Source: Podarcis erhardii | Taxonomy: Eukaryota | Assembly (NCBI GenBank): GCA_964252035.1 | Contig: OZ176205.1 | Direction: 5' to 3' (one strand) | DNA length: 64,000 bases | In this document: piece after piece, positions 25,837-35,530 of the stretch | Layout: the number at the start of each line of letters is the position of its first letter | How positions within the stretch are numbered: position 1 is the stretch's first letter | Translations under genes and position numbers: made by a program | The notes under the pieces: generated by a model | Told to the model about the DNA's origin: nothing | The model's input: the letters and a program-made list of their open reading frames with translations, nothing else | Databases searched by the model: none

Positions 25837-25928
25837 AGAAGGCTGTCAGATGAAATTGACAAATTGAGATTAGAAATTGACCAGTTAAAGACAAGAAGTG
25901 GATCTTTTCTTGACAGTGTACATACAAG
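25837..25928 (+). CDS. PPFIA4: Exon K (RRLSDEIDKLRLEIDQLKTRSGSFLDSVHT-R), 92 nt, ends phase 2
   Basis: gtgaacag| acceptor, AAG|gtgaga donor. Confidence 0.92.
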
Positions 25929-25973
25929 GTGAGAATATTATTTATTTTTCATGGCAAATACCTCTGTGAAAAT

Positions 25974-26004
<31 letters not shown>

Positions 26005-26130
26005 CATCATCGTCGTCACCATCCTAATCATTTATTAAATTTGTATACCTCCCTTCATCTGAAGATCCCAGGCCAGTTCATAACAGAAAAATACAAAATA
26101 CATAGTAAAACAAACACAAACCAATGACCC
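25974..26130 (-). repeat. (GTT)n/(CAT)n microsatellite grading into a decayed reverse-oriented L2-type 3' tail
   Basis: 'tttattaaatttgtatacctcccttcatctgaagatcccagg' is the reverse of a typical L2 3'UTR end. Confidence 0.5.
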
Positions 26131-26491
26131 CACATACTGATGGGAGGGGGGTTGTCTCTCTGAACCAATGCCTCAGCCTGTGTTGCTGTATCTGCAGACT
26201 TTTCATTGATGTTTCTCACATCCCAGAGTTCTTCACATTGAGGCAGAATGTGCAATCAGGTGGGCTGCATTTATTGAAACTTGTAAAAATGTTCTTGGCA
26301 AAATTTTAGTTTTGGCCTCTGTAACTTTGATAGATGGTGCTGAAATGGAAGGGCTATCAGAGCCCAAGTGGCTGTGTCACAAATTGTTTTCATCTTAATG
26401 ACAACTAAAACATAGGTCTTCTGCATACCTGACTGTTGTATCATAGCAGAGCCTGATTTCTGGTGGTCCAACTGGGTTTTAGCTGCACAGT

Positions 26492-26617
26492 TCATAGAAT
26501 AGAATTGTAGAATTGGATGGGACCCTGAGGGTAATCTAGTACAACTGCCTGCAATGCAGGAATCTTTTGCCTGACATCTGGCTCAAACCTACAACCTGAG
26601 ATTAAAAGTCTCATGCT
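26492..26617 (-). mobile_element. tRNA-Lys-headed SINE with CR1-type 3' tail (5'-truncated)
   Basis: Reverse complement AGCATGAGACTTTTAATCTCAGGTTGTAGGTTTGAGCC matches tRNA-Lys(CTT) with CpG decay, followed by the body/tail ...ttcctgcattgcagg...cagggtccc.tccaa.tctacaattctat. Confidence 0.7.
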
Positions 26618-26906
26618 TTTGGGCATCCTGGAGATCTGAACAGGAACACTGCAGACTGCTATGTTTTGTTGCAAGTCCTTCTTGCAAATAACACAAAAGA
26701 AGCTTTCCCACTCTCTTCTGCCTCTTCAAATGCTAAACTGGCCTAATAAAATTTATCTGAAAGCAAAATCTGACTCTTTGCTATCACTGTGTGATCCAGT
26801 AGAGGGTGCAATTACACAACATGCCAGCAAAATAGATAAGACAGCAAGCACGCTCTAGCTACCAGTGTTTTGCTTTTGTTTTGGAGCCTCACTGGTAAAT
26901 AGGAAG

Positions 26907-27296
26907 GATGACCTCTCCAATGGGCCACAGAGAAGTTAGGCTGGCCTCAACTAGAGCCAGGGCTTTTTCGGCTGTGGCTCCGACCTGGTGGAACACTCTG
27001 TCACAAGAGACTAGGGCCCTGCGGGACTTGACATCTTTCCGCAGGGCCTGCAAGACAGAGCTGTTCCGCCAGGCCTTTGGCCAGGGCACAGCCTGACTCC
27101 CTCCCTTGGCAATCTTCGCGGAGCTCTGGCCCAATGGTGGCCAGTGGCTTGAATTTAATTAATTTTATAATGAATGATTTTAGAGTGTTGTTTGTGCTGT
27201 ACATTTGTACTGTTTTATTGTTGTTAGCCGCCCTGAGCCCGGCTTCGGCTGGGGAGGGCGGGATATAAATAAAAAATTATTATTATTATTATTATT

Positions 27297-27329
<33 letters not shown>
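26907..27329 (+). mobile_element. 5'-truncated L2-clade LINE 3' end with compound (ATT)n(ATC)n tail
   Basis: ORF 26908-27096 (HREVRLASTRARAFSAVAPTWWN...AFGQGTA). Same subfamily as the 8899 copy. Confidence 0.85.
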
Positions 27330-30300
27330 TGTTCTCTTCACACATTACATGTTTCATATGTTGATAGTACTTCAGTTTATAAAACAGGATGAAATTCAAA
27401 ACTGTATTTTTAACAGGGAACTTTGGTGTGTTTCATTTTGTACCTGATTATCTTGCTAAAGTTTATTTAGTCAGTACATTGTGGTCTTAAATGTTACCTC
27501 TCTTAAACCTCTGTAATTTAATCTAAAATAAATATTGATCCTCAGGTATTGTCTTTTGATTGCAACCTTTAATAGGTTTAGTGGACACAGTAACCTTTAG
27601 TAGGTTGTCTACGCCATTGTGCTAATCCTGCTCTTAGTAGACAATATAATTGCCCACTCTGCACCTTTTGTGGTGGCCCATGGCTCCTTCCATCCTTGGC
27701 ATGTCCAATTAAAGATTCTCCAGTAAGCAAGCTGTTGAGAGAACTCTTCCTGAGATGCTGAAGATAAAGTAGTATTGGGCTAGATGGACTATTGGTATGA
27801 TTTGGAATAATGCAGCTCTGAATGGAATTTGTTCTGTCTTTGGCAGTCATGTGATTGCTACAGTGAACACGTTGTTACAGTTCAGCCCACATTTACCCTG
27901 CTAGTAACCCATTTTTAAAGTAGCTTCACTGTGGAATCAAATCAGCATTACTTCTGCGAGTGCTGTGTTTAACCATGACTATTCATGCAAATTGACTTAC
28001 AAGTCAGGAAAAAAGGGATGATGGTGAGAAAAGAAAGTTGAAGCCGTATTGTAAAGGGAAGCCATTGGAACTGTTGTGCCAAGTCTTGCTAACCCTTGTA
28101 ATCCGTAATCTGTGAAACTGTAATCTTCAGAGAAAAACCCCAAGCCTTGTAATGTGCTGTGTTGTCTGATCACAGTTTCTGGTAATAAGAGGCATACAGT
28201 TGAATATGTGGCTGTTATGTTCATATATAATGACATGTTCTGCTTTTTTATGAGATAAGGAAGAAAAGTAAGATGAAATATGAAATATGAAATCATGTCA
28301 CTTCACTCCTAATCCATCACTTGTGGCAGTCTCTTCATTGGAAGAAAAGAGATGATATCCCTTCCATGTACACTTATCATTGCTTGTTCAAACAGCCTAC
28401 TGACAGATCCCTGACAGCATAATCCTTTGCATATCTATTCAGAAGTAAGCCCCACTGAGGTAATTGGGGCTTGCTTCCAGGTAAATATTGTGTAGGATTG
28501 CAGCCTGAATTCTCTACACTGTTCAGCCATTATGGATTGAATTCAGCCTCTTTTGTCTGAATCATGCCTAGTTTAAGGAACACCTGGCAGCTTTTTCTTT
28601 CCCCTGCTTTGCAGAGGTGGATACTATGCCCCCCTACTGCTGTCTCCAAGCAGAACAAGAAGGTGCATGTACTATAGATACTGGAGTTTGAAGGGGGAAA
28701 GTGAAACACTATTGTCTTTTGCCTTCTCACATCAATTACTCTTGAATATGTTCCTACTAATGGTCCGTTTTTGTGTTCAGGTTCCATACACTCTGTAAAT
28801 TATTCATTTAGCCACAGGGGTCTGCAGTCTTACATTACATGTATTGTACTATGAGGGGATTTTACAATAATTTTTCTCCCCCCCCCCCCCCCGGTTTCTC
28901 ACAGGCCCCTAACTTCTTCAAACACCATTGTTTGAATACCTGGGGTTTCAATGATGATTTTCATATTCTGCTATTAACCTTAGCAATCTAGAATAACTTC
29001 TTGTTTAGGGATATGCTGCAAAATAAACCTTAGCAGTCTTTTTGATCCAAAGGGTGAATGGAAGAGTAGATGGGACTGAAACTGGCTCTGTAGGTTTTGC
29101 TACAGGATGTGTCTTTGTATTTCAGAGGCAGATAATTGTGTTGGATTCTCCCTCACCCCCAGATATCCTGGAACACTGGAGTGCTCAAATGATAGGGCTG
29201 GAAAGTGCTGCACCCACTGGGGATCTCAGCTGTCACTTTCACTTTGATCTCCTTCTCTCCAGACTGAAATGAGGCTCTTAGGCTCAGCCAGTGTGACGAG
29301 AGATGGGTTGGTAGCCTGTATGTGAGCCTGGTGTGGCATGTGATAGGCTTGGCATATAAACATTTAAAATATTACTTGAGTATGATTTTAAATTTCAAAA
29401 GTGTGTGTGTGTGTGCACTGTCACACACACATGTACTTTAATAAGAGACCCTGCTTGCTTCTAAAGAACTGAAACTTAATACCCTTTCAATTGACCTGGT
29501 GGGCTTGCATTAAACTTTAAGTAGAAAATTATGAGCTGCTTATTACTTGCTAATCAACGGAATGCTTCTTAAATATTCAGGGTCAAGTTCTTCAAAGTTT
29601 GGATTGTCACATCCTGCACTCTTAAGTGCTTGTTTAGCTATATATATTGGCCTCTGTCCAACAAGAAGGGACATGGAAATGGGTGTTGCACATGTGTTTC
29701 CCAGCAGTGAAGAGATTCTGGAGCAAGATCTTGAATGCCACTGATCATCTATTTGTAGGAAATGGAGGTTTCCTTCCTTGACTGATGATTGGCAGCACTC
29801 TATCTCCAACTTAGTGATTACTATTTAAAGTCTGTTGTGGCATTTGTGTTTTTATTGTTTTAAGCTTCTTGTGGCTACTTTAAATTATTTTGTTATAGAG
29901 TAAAAAGCATTGTAAAAAAAACAAAAAACTCCTGGAATGTTCTTTTCACCCTTGGGAATCAGGGCGCTACTGAATAGCTTGCTTTCCTGATTTTACTGAG
30001 GGAAGGTCACTGGTTTTTTTTAAAAAAGTAGAACTAAATTCAAGGTGTTTCATTTACCAAGGGATGGACCTGTGTTGGCCAGAACTGTACCCTGTTCCCC
30101 ACCCAGTTTGGACTTCCCTGGTACTGGCTATGGACCCACATTGCTGTCTGAATCTCAGTTATCCAAAACTACATTCACTGTTCATCCTTGTATGGACTTC
30201 CTGTTTTTCCAGACTTACAATTAGTTGAATATTTTGGCTGTGAGACAATGATAGCATACTGTGTTTCTCATTGTGTGTTGTGTTATACTGTCAGTATCTG

Positions 30301-30455
30301 AAATTACTATCTATTTTTAGACTAGTGGTTAAAAAGATAAGTAAAAAATATTAAAACTATTTATCATGGATTATCCCCATTAAACAAAACTAAATTATGC
30401 AATTTTTATTTACTTAGGACTTTTCTCCTCTCCCGCTCTTTTTTTTTTTTGGTAG

Positions 30456-30597
30456 GTCGCTTGTGGGAAGCACTCCAGACCTCAGGTATCCCCTGAGTAC
30501 TATTGTCCATGCACCAGCCGAGCCCTTTGGAACACCCTCCAGTCTTCACCGGGCACCAAAGAGCCGATTTACAACTCTGCGGGAAGACCCCTCCAAG
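30456..30597 (+). CDS. PPFIA4: Exon L (SLVGSTPDLRYPLS...LREDPSK), 142 nt, phase 2/0
   Basis: Long poly-T tract then ggtag| acceptor, AAG|gtaaag donor. Phase fits exon K. Confidence 0.9.
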
Positions 30598-32259
30598 GTA
30601 AAGCTCCTGATGTTTGCCTTGCTCCAGCTAATCTTTAGCGGGCAGCTCCAGTTACGCCTGTATCTTGGAGCATATCACAAAATCTTTGTGATGGCAGCAG
30701 CTGCAGCAGCTGTCCTGCGCCTTTAAACGAGGGGCTTTGGCCTTTCACTCGGCAGTAACAGCTGCAGACCTAAACCCCTTCTGAAGGAAAGAGACTCCCT
30801 GTTGTGCAGAAAGGCCACTGGATGGTGGCCAGGATAGTACTTATTTGATGAGCTTCTGCAGAGGATGGTGAGATGAAGTTTCAAAGGTCTTTGCTATGCT
30901 GTGAAATCTGGGCAAGAAAGAAGCCTTATGCCTTACTGCTTAGTTTGAACGTATACTTGTATTGTTATACAGTAATTACTCTTAGAAGCCACAGGACGTG
31001 CTTGAATACTATAGATGTAGCTACATGTTGAGAAGAATGAGAATGTGTTGCATATCATCCCTTTAAGGCCCACTTTCAAGCCTAAATGTAACTTGAATTC
31101 ACTTAAGTTTTGCTTTAGTGGACGTGGCTCAATTCAGTCCATTTAAAACAGGCAAAAGTCAAAGTGTGAACACCTTGGTGAATTTTGTTTGTTTGTTTCA
31201 AGGGTGGATAGATGTAGTATCTGCCTTTTTTCCATCAGGAAACTCAAGGTAGTGAGTGTATTATTGGAAGAGTTCAAAGTACCAATTACCATAGTTGCAG
31301 AGTATAGGGAACAAGGATTTTCTTGTTAAGCTCTAGTGCATCTTTCCTCAAATTTGGATCTCTAGATGTTCAATTTCAACTCCAGCCCAGTATGTCCAAT
31401 GGTCAGAGATGATGGGAGTTGTAGTCCTACATCATATAGTAAACCAAATATGGGAAGACTACTCTAGTGTAATGAATTTACAGCTCTGTATGGAGCTCAC
31501 AAATACAGTTAGACAATGGGCAACTATGAAATTAATAGCAGAGACATGGATACTGTAGAAAAATTAGTTGCTTATTCTTTTGGGAGCAAACTGTCATATT
31601 TATGCTGAGATATAAATAGTAGACTGTTATGTGTACTGTATATCAAAATGTGTTATTGACACTTAAAACCATGTTTTGCTTGATGTTCTGGCAGACTATA
31701 AATTGTGTTTTTGTGCTTTAACAATATGTGGTCCAGACAAAGCAACATACCAGTACTGCTTGCTTACTTTGAGATGGTTTAGTAAGCCTACTGAACGTCT
31801 TTCTACACAGTTATTTAAAGGCATGCTGCTGACCTGTATCAAATATGGCAACTCCAATGCTATAGCAAGCCATTCCCAGACTGCATTAAACAAAATAAAC
31901 TATCTTTCTCTTAGCCATTTCTCTGGCCTTCCATTTACACTTTGCTCTATTGTAGCCAAGTGAATGCCAATGAAGGCTGCTTAATCCACAAAATAATTTC
32001 CTTAAGTCCTCCTGATGCTGCTATACCTTTCAAAAGTTGGAGCTTTTCAGAGGAACAAATCCAAACTCCCATAAGTTCTAGTCTCAGCATAGTTCTGTCA
32101 AGGTTGGCTAGGTGAAATCACCCATAGCCCAGGATAAATGAAGGTACTTCATTTCAGAGTACAGCTATGGGAAATGGCATTCTTCCCTTTGGCTACTTCT
32201 TATTGGAGTTTTAACATGGTGGTGGTTGCATGAGTTATTTTGTGGTTTTATGTGTTCAG

Positions 32260-32465
32260 GACTGGGACCTTGCTCAGCCAGGTGGGGTCCTTGCCGCTAC
32301 ATCTCACACCTTTGATAGTGACCCAGAGATCTCTGATGTTGATGAGGATGATCGGGAGACTGTGTTTAGTTCCATGGACATGCTGTCTCCAAGCGGTCAC
32401 TCTGATGCCCAGACCCTTGCTATGATGCTGCAGGAACAGCTTGATGCCATCAATGAGGAGATCAG
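32260..32465 (+). CDS. PPFIA4: Exon M (DWDLAQPG...FDSDPEISDVDEDD...SPSGHSDAQTLAMMLQEQLDAINEEI-R), 206 nt
   Basis: gtgttcag| acceptor, CAG|gtatgg donor. Confidence 0.97.
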
Positions 32466-32895
32466 GTATGGAATGGAGCAGTCTATCTCATGATATTGAC
32501 TTGAATCTATATTTTCACAGTGACTCTGAAAAAAATCTAAATAATTTTGTTTGGACTACCTCTCAGAAAAAGTGAACTGCTTTCAGTCATCTCTAATCTC
32601 AACCTTATGAAGATCTCAAAGCATAGTATAGATGAAATAAAAAAAAGATACAGTAGTCTGCATAATCCATAAAGCCTGAAGACATACCTTGTAGCATTCT
32701 CTCTGGAAACCTTAACAAAATAAGATGGGAGGAAGAGCTGAACCTGGGAGGGAGATGAAGACTTGAAACAACCAATTTTGGTTGCTGCAGAGTAACCTAG
32801 CCACATAAAGGCACATGATTAGTTGCTAATGTTGTCTCAGCACTGGTTTGAATGTAGTACTGAATAGAAGCATATTCTCATCAAGTGCTCTAAGA

Positions 32896-33031
32896 CAGTG
32901 TTTCCCAACCTTGGGCCTCCAGCTGTTTTTGGACTACAATTCCCATCATCCATTGCCACTGGTCTTGCTAGTCAGGGATGATGGGAGTTGTAGTTCAAAA
33001 ACAGCTGGAGGCACAAGGTTGGGAAACACTG
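32896..33031. mobile_element. Palindromic hAT MITE, 136 bp
   Basis: Exact 8-bp TSD CTCTAAGA (32888-32895 and 33032-33039). Perfect 18-bp TIR CAGTGTTTCCCAACCTTG, extending to ~56-bp arms with 3 mismatches. Confidence 0.9.
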
Positions 33032-34293
33032 CTCTAAGAAAACTCAACATTGCTATATTAATTAAAGAAAAATGAGTAATCTTCCATCTGTCCCCAGCTC
33101 AACATCATAGTTGCAAGTCCACAGAAAACATTTTGTTGTGATTCTAATGCCTTCAAGTGCAACTGTGAAGTTTTTTGTTTATTTTTTAAGGTTGAGGAAA
33201 CTAATGTGCAGGAAGCTTGGTGATTTCCATCAAATATTTTCCTAGATTCTGCAAAGTGATAAAATAGGAACAGGGTAGCTTCTAGTTCCTGCTTTAATTT
33301 TTTAATTTAAGGGAAGAATTCAACATGTTTGCCAGACAGAACACGCCCTCCCTCCACTCTTCCCACATGCACTGTTCTGGGGTTTCTCACCACTCCACTC
33401 CAAAAGCCAGGGTGTGTGCTAAGGGAGAAGAGGAGGGGACAGCTCTCTTGCACAAACAGAAGTCTTCATGCAGGACTTCTACTGATGGAACTTGTTAGGT
33501 GAATCCTACCCCAAGTTACCTTGCATTTATCATTTGTCAATAAATATGCCAAAGGAGCTTGTGGAGCATAGGGAGGCCAAGCTTAACTTTTAATAAAAAT
33601 ATTAGTTTGTTAGCCCTATGGATTTTGAAAGTGTTACAAATGTGATGCATATGTAAGTTTACAGAGTATGAGCTTGAGAGCCTAGCAAAACAGTTCTTAG
33701 GAAATAGAGTCCTTTAGTGAAATATCAGAAGCTGTGTTCTAGCTCAGAGTTCTTCAGCCTTGGGTGCCCAAGGTTATACTGCAGCTCAGTACTTTTCTGC
33801 TAGATAAAAGGTGACAGTACTCAGCATGAAGTTGTTACAGTAAGTGCCACACCTTTAATCAGGGTTTTTCTTCCAGAAAAAAGGTGTAGGTGCTGCGTAT
33901 CTTTGAGTACCCACAGAAAAAAGCACTTCTGCAACTCCCATAATCCCTATCCATTGGCTAAGATGGTGGGAGATGACTGGAGTTGTAGTTCAGCAACATC
34001 TGGAGATCCCAGGTTGAATAACTCTGCTATAGCTTGTTGAATCATGTAGATGCATAAACCATGGAGTAAGTCTTGAGGGAGGCCCTTGGGGAGATGGAGG
34101 TTACTAACACATCAAGGAGAAGTGGGGTAGATTGCTGCCCTCTGGGTGACATGGTTCTGAGTTGGAGCCATTGAATACCTTTATATTTTTCTGCATAATA
34201 CGAGTAAGCGGATAAGAATTCCAAGTGGTGTTTGTCTAAATAAATGTTTTAAAATGCATTGCAAGCGGAGCTGAAATGCCTGTTTTCCTTTAG

Positions 34294-34534
34294 AATGATC
34301 CAGGAGGAGAAAGAATCAACTGAGCTGCGGGCTGAGCAGTTGGAGAGCCGTGTCACCAGTGGTAGCATGGAGGCCCTGAATCTAACACAGCTACGCAAAA
34401 GAGCATCTATCCCCACCTCCCTTACTGCCTTATCCTTGGCCAGCTCATCTCCTCCTGTCAGTGGGCGCTCTACTCCCAAGCTCACCTCTCGCAGCGCAGC
34501 TCAGGATCTTGATCGGATATGCAGCATGACCCTG
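34294..34534 (+). CDS. PPFIA4: Exon N (MIQEEKESTELRAE...SAAQDLDRICSMTL), 241 nt
   Basis: ttcctttag| acceptor, CTG|gtaagc donor. Confidence 0.97.
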
Positions 34535-34898
34535 GTAAGCAGGGCAAGAGGAGGGGTGATAATGCAGATAGACAGGTCGGCTGTTTGATTATATATGCTC
34601 TCCATAGAATTGTCTTGTTGCTTCCAAATATCGTTTGTGCAGACTGCAGGACTTCTGGTCTTTAGCATTTCCACTTGGGTTCTATTTATCGTGCATAGGC
34701 ATTTACTTCAATGACAAAATTATATGCCATTTTGTTTGTCTTCAGGAGGCCTTGTCTATTCTGGCTGATGCCCACAATCTTGTGATGTTCTCTTCAGTCC
34801 AAGTTGTAGCAGGCCTTTTACAGCATCAACAGTTTGCTTTCTCCTTCATACTGTTATTTTAAACTAATTTCTCTACTCTTGTGTCTTGTTTTTCGCAG

Positions 34899-34934
34899 CC
34901 CAGTGACTTGAGGAAACACAGGAGGAAGCTACTT
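34899..34934 (+). CDS. PPFIA4: Exon O, 36-nt microexon (PSDLRKHRRKLL)
   Basis: ACTAAT branch-point-like motif at 34863, long pyrimidine tract, ttcgcag| acceptor, CTT|gtgagt donor. Peptide matches liprin-alpha. Not visible in the ORF track. Confidence 0.93.
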
Positions 34935-35409
34935 GTGAGTCTGTTTATTTTCTCTTTTATTTGTATTCTTGTTCCACTTCTGTAACCTCGTTGCCCTTCT
35001 GCTCCCTCGCTAACCCTGTCATAACTATTGTCAAGCAGGTCTAGTGCACTAGCATAGTGGAGCTGGCTTTATTCTGGAAAACCTCTGTATGCTGAAAAGA
35101 GAAGTGGTGGAGGTTGCAAAATATTGATTTGTTTTAGGTAGGGACTCTTAACTTGCTTATACTACCTTCATTGCTTCCACAAAATGTTGTTGGCATCTGT
35201 TTCAGGAGACAGTGAAGGAGTGCGCCTTTGGGGGTGAAGTCAAACCATTGGAGAGTTACAGTGCCTGCTATGGCTGTAGAGACCAATATGGGAGAGACCT
35301 ATTTTCTTGCAGCTGGGGCAGATGAAGGCATCCAGTTTTGCTGCTGTGCTGCAGATGCACCATGGTGTTTCTTCTCTCTGTGCTCCTCACAGCCATCATT
35401 CTCCTTCTA

Positions 35410-35530
35410 GGCACTGCTGTGGCTACATGACATAATAACCTGTCTCCAGGCACTGTGGTCTTCTGCAAGGGATTCCCACACAGCAGGGTTGATGTTGACA
35501 GCCTTCATGTTACGTTTGCACACAAAAAGC
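35410..35530 (-). mobile_element. Degraded RTE-clade LINE C-terminal fragment
   Basis: Minus-strand translation CKRNMKAVNINPAVWESLAEDHSAWRQ resembles the RTE ORF C-terminus. Confidence 0.55.

Noticed and set aside
31239-31251. Possible microexon (ctgcctttttccatcag|GAAACTCAAG|gtagtgagt) where alpha-1/alpha-2 have a 7-aa insert
   Set aside because: Both possible donors give 10 or 13 nt, which breaks the frame between two phase-0 junctions, and there is no similarity to the paralog peptide.
35206-35325. Cys-rich reading frame after ttcag|
   Set aside because: It ends in a stop, has no good donor and no recognisable homology, and lies next to an RTE fragment.
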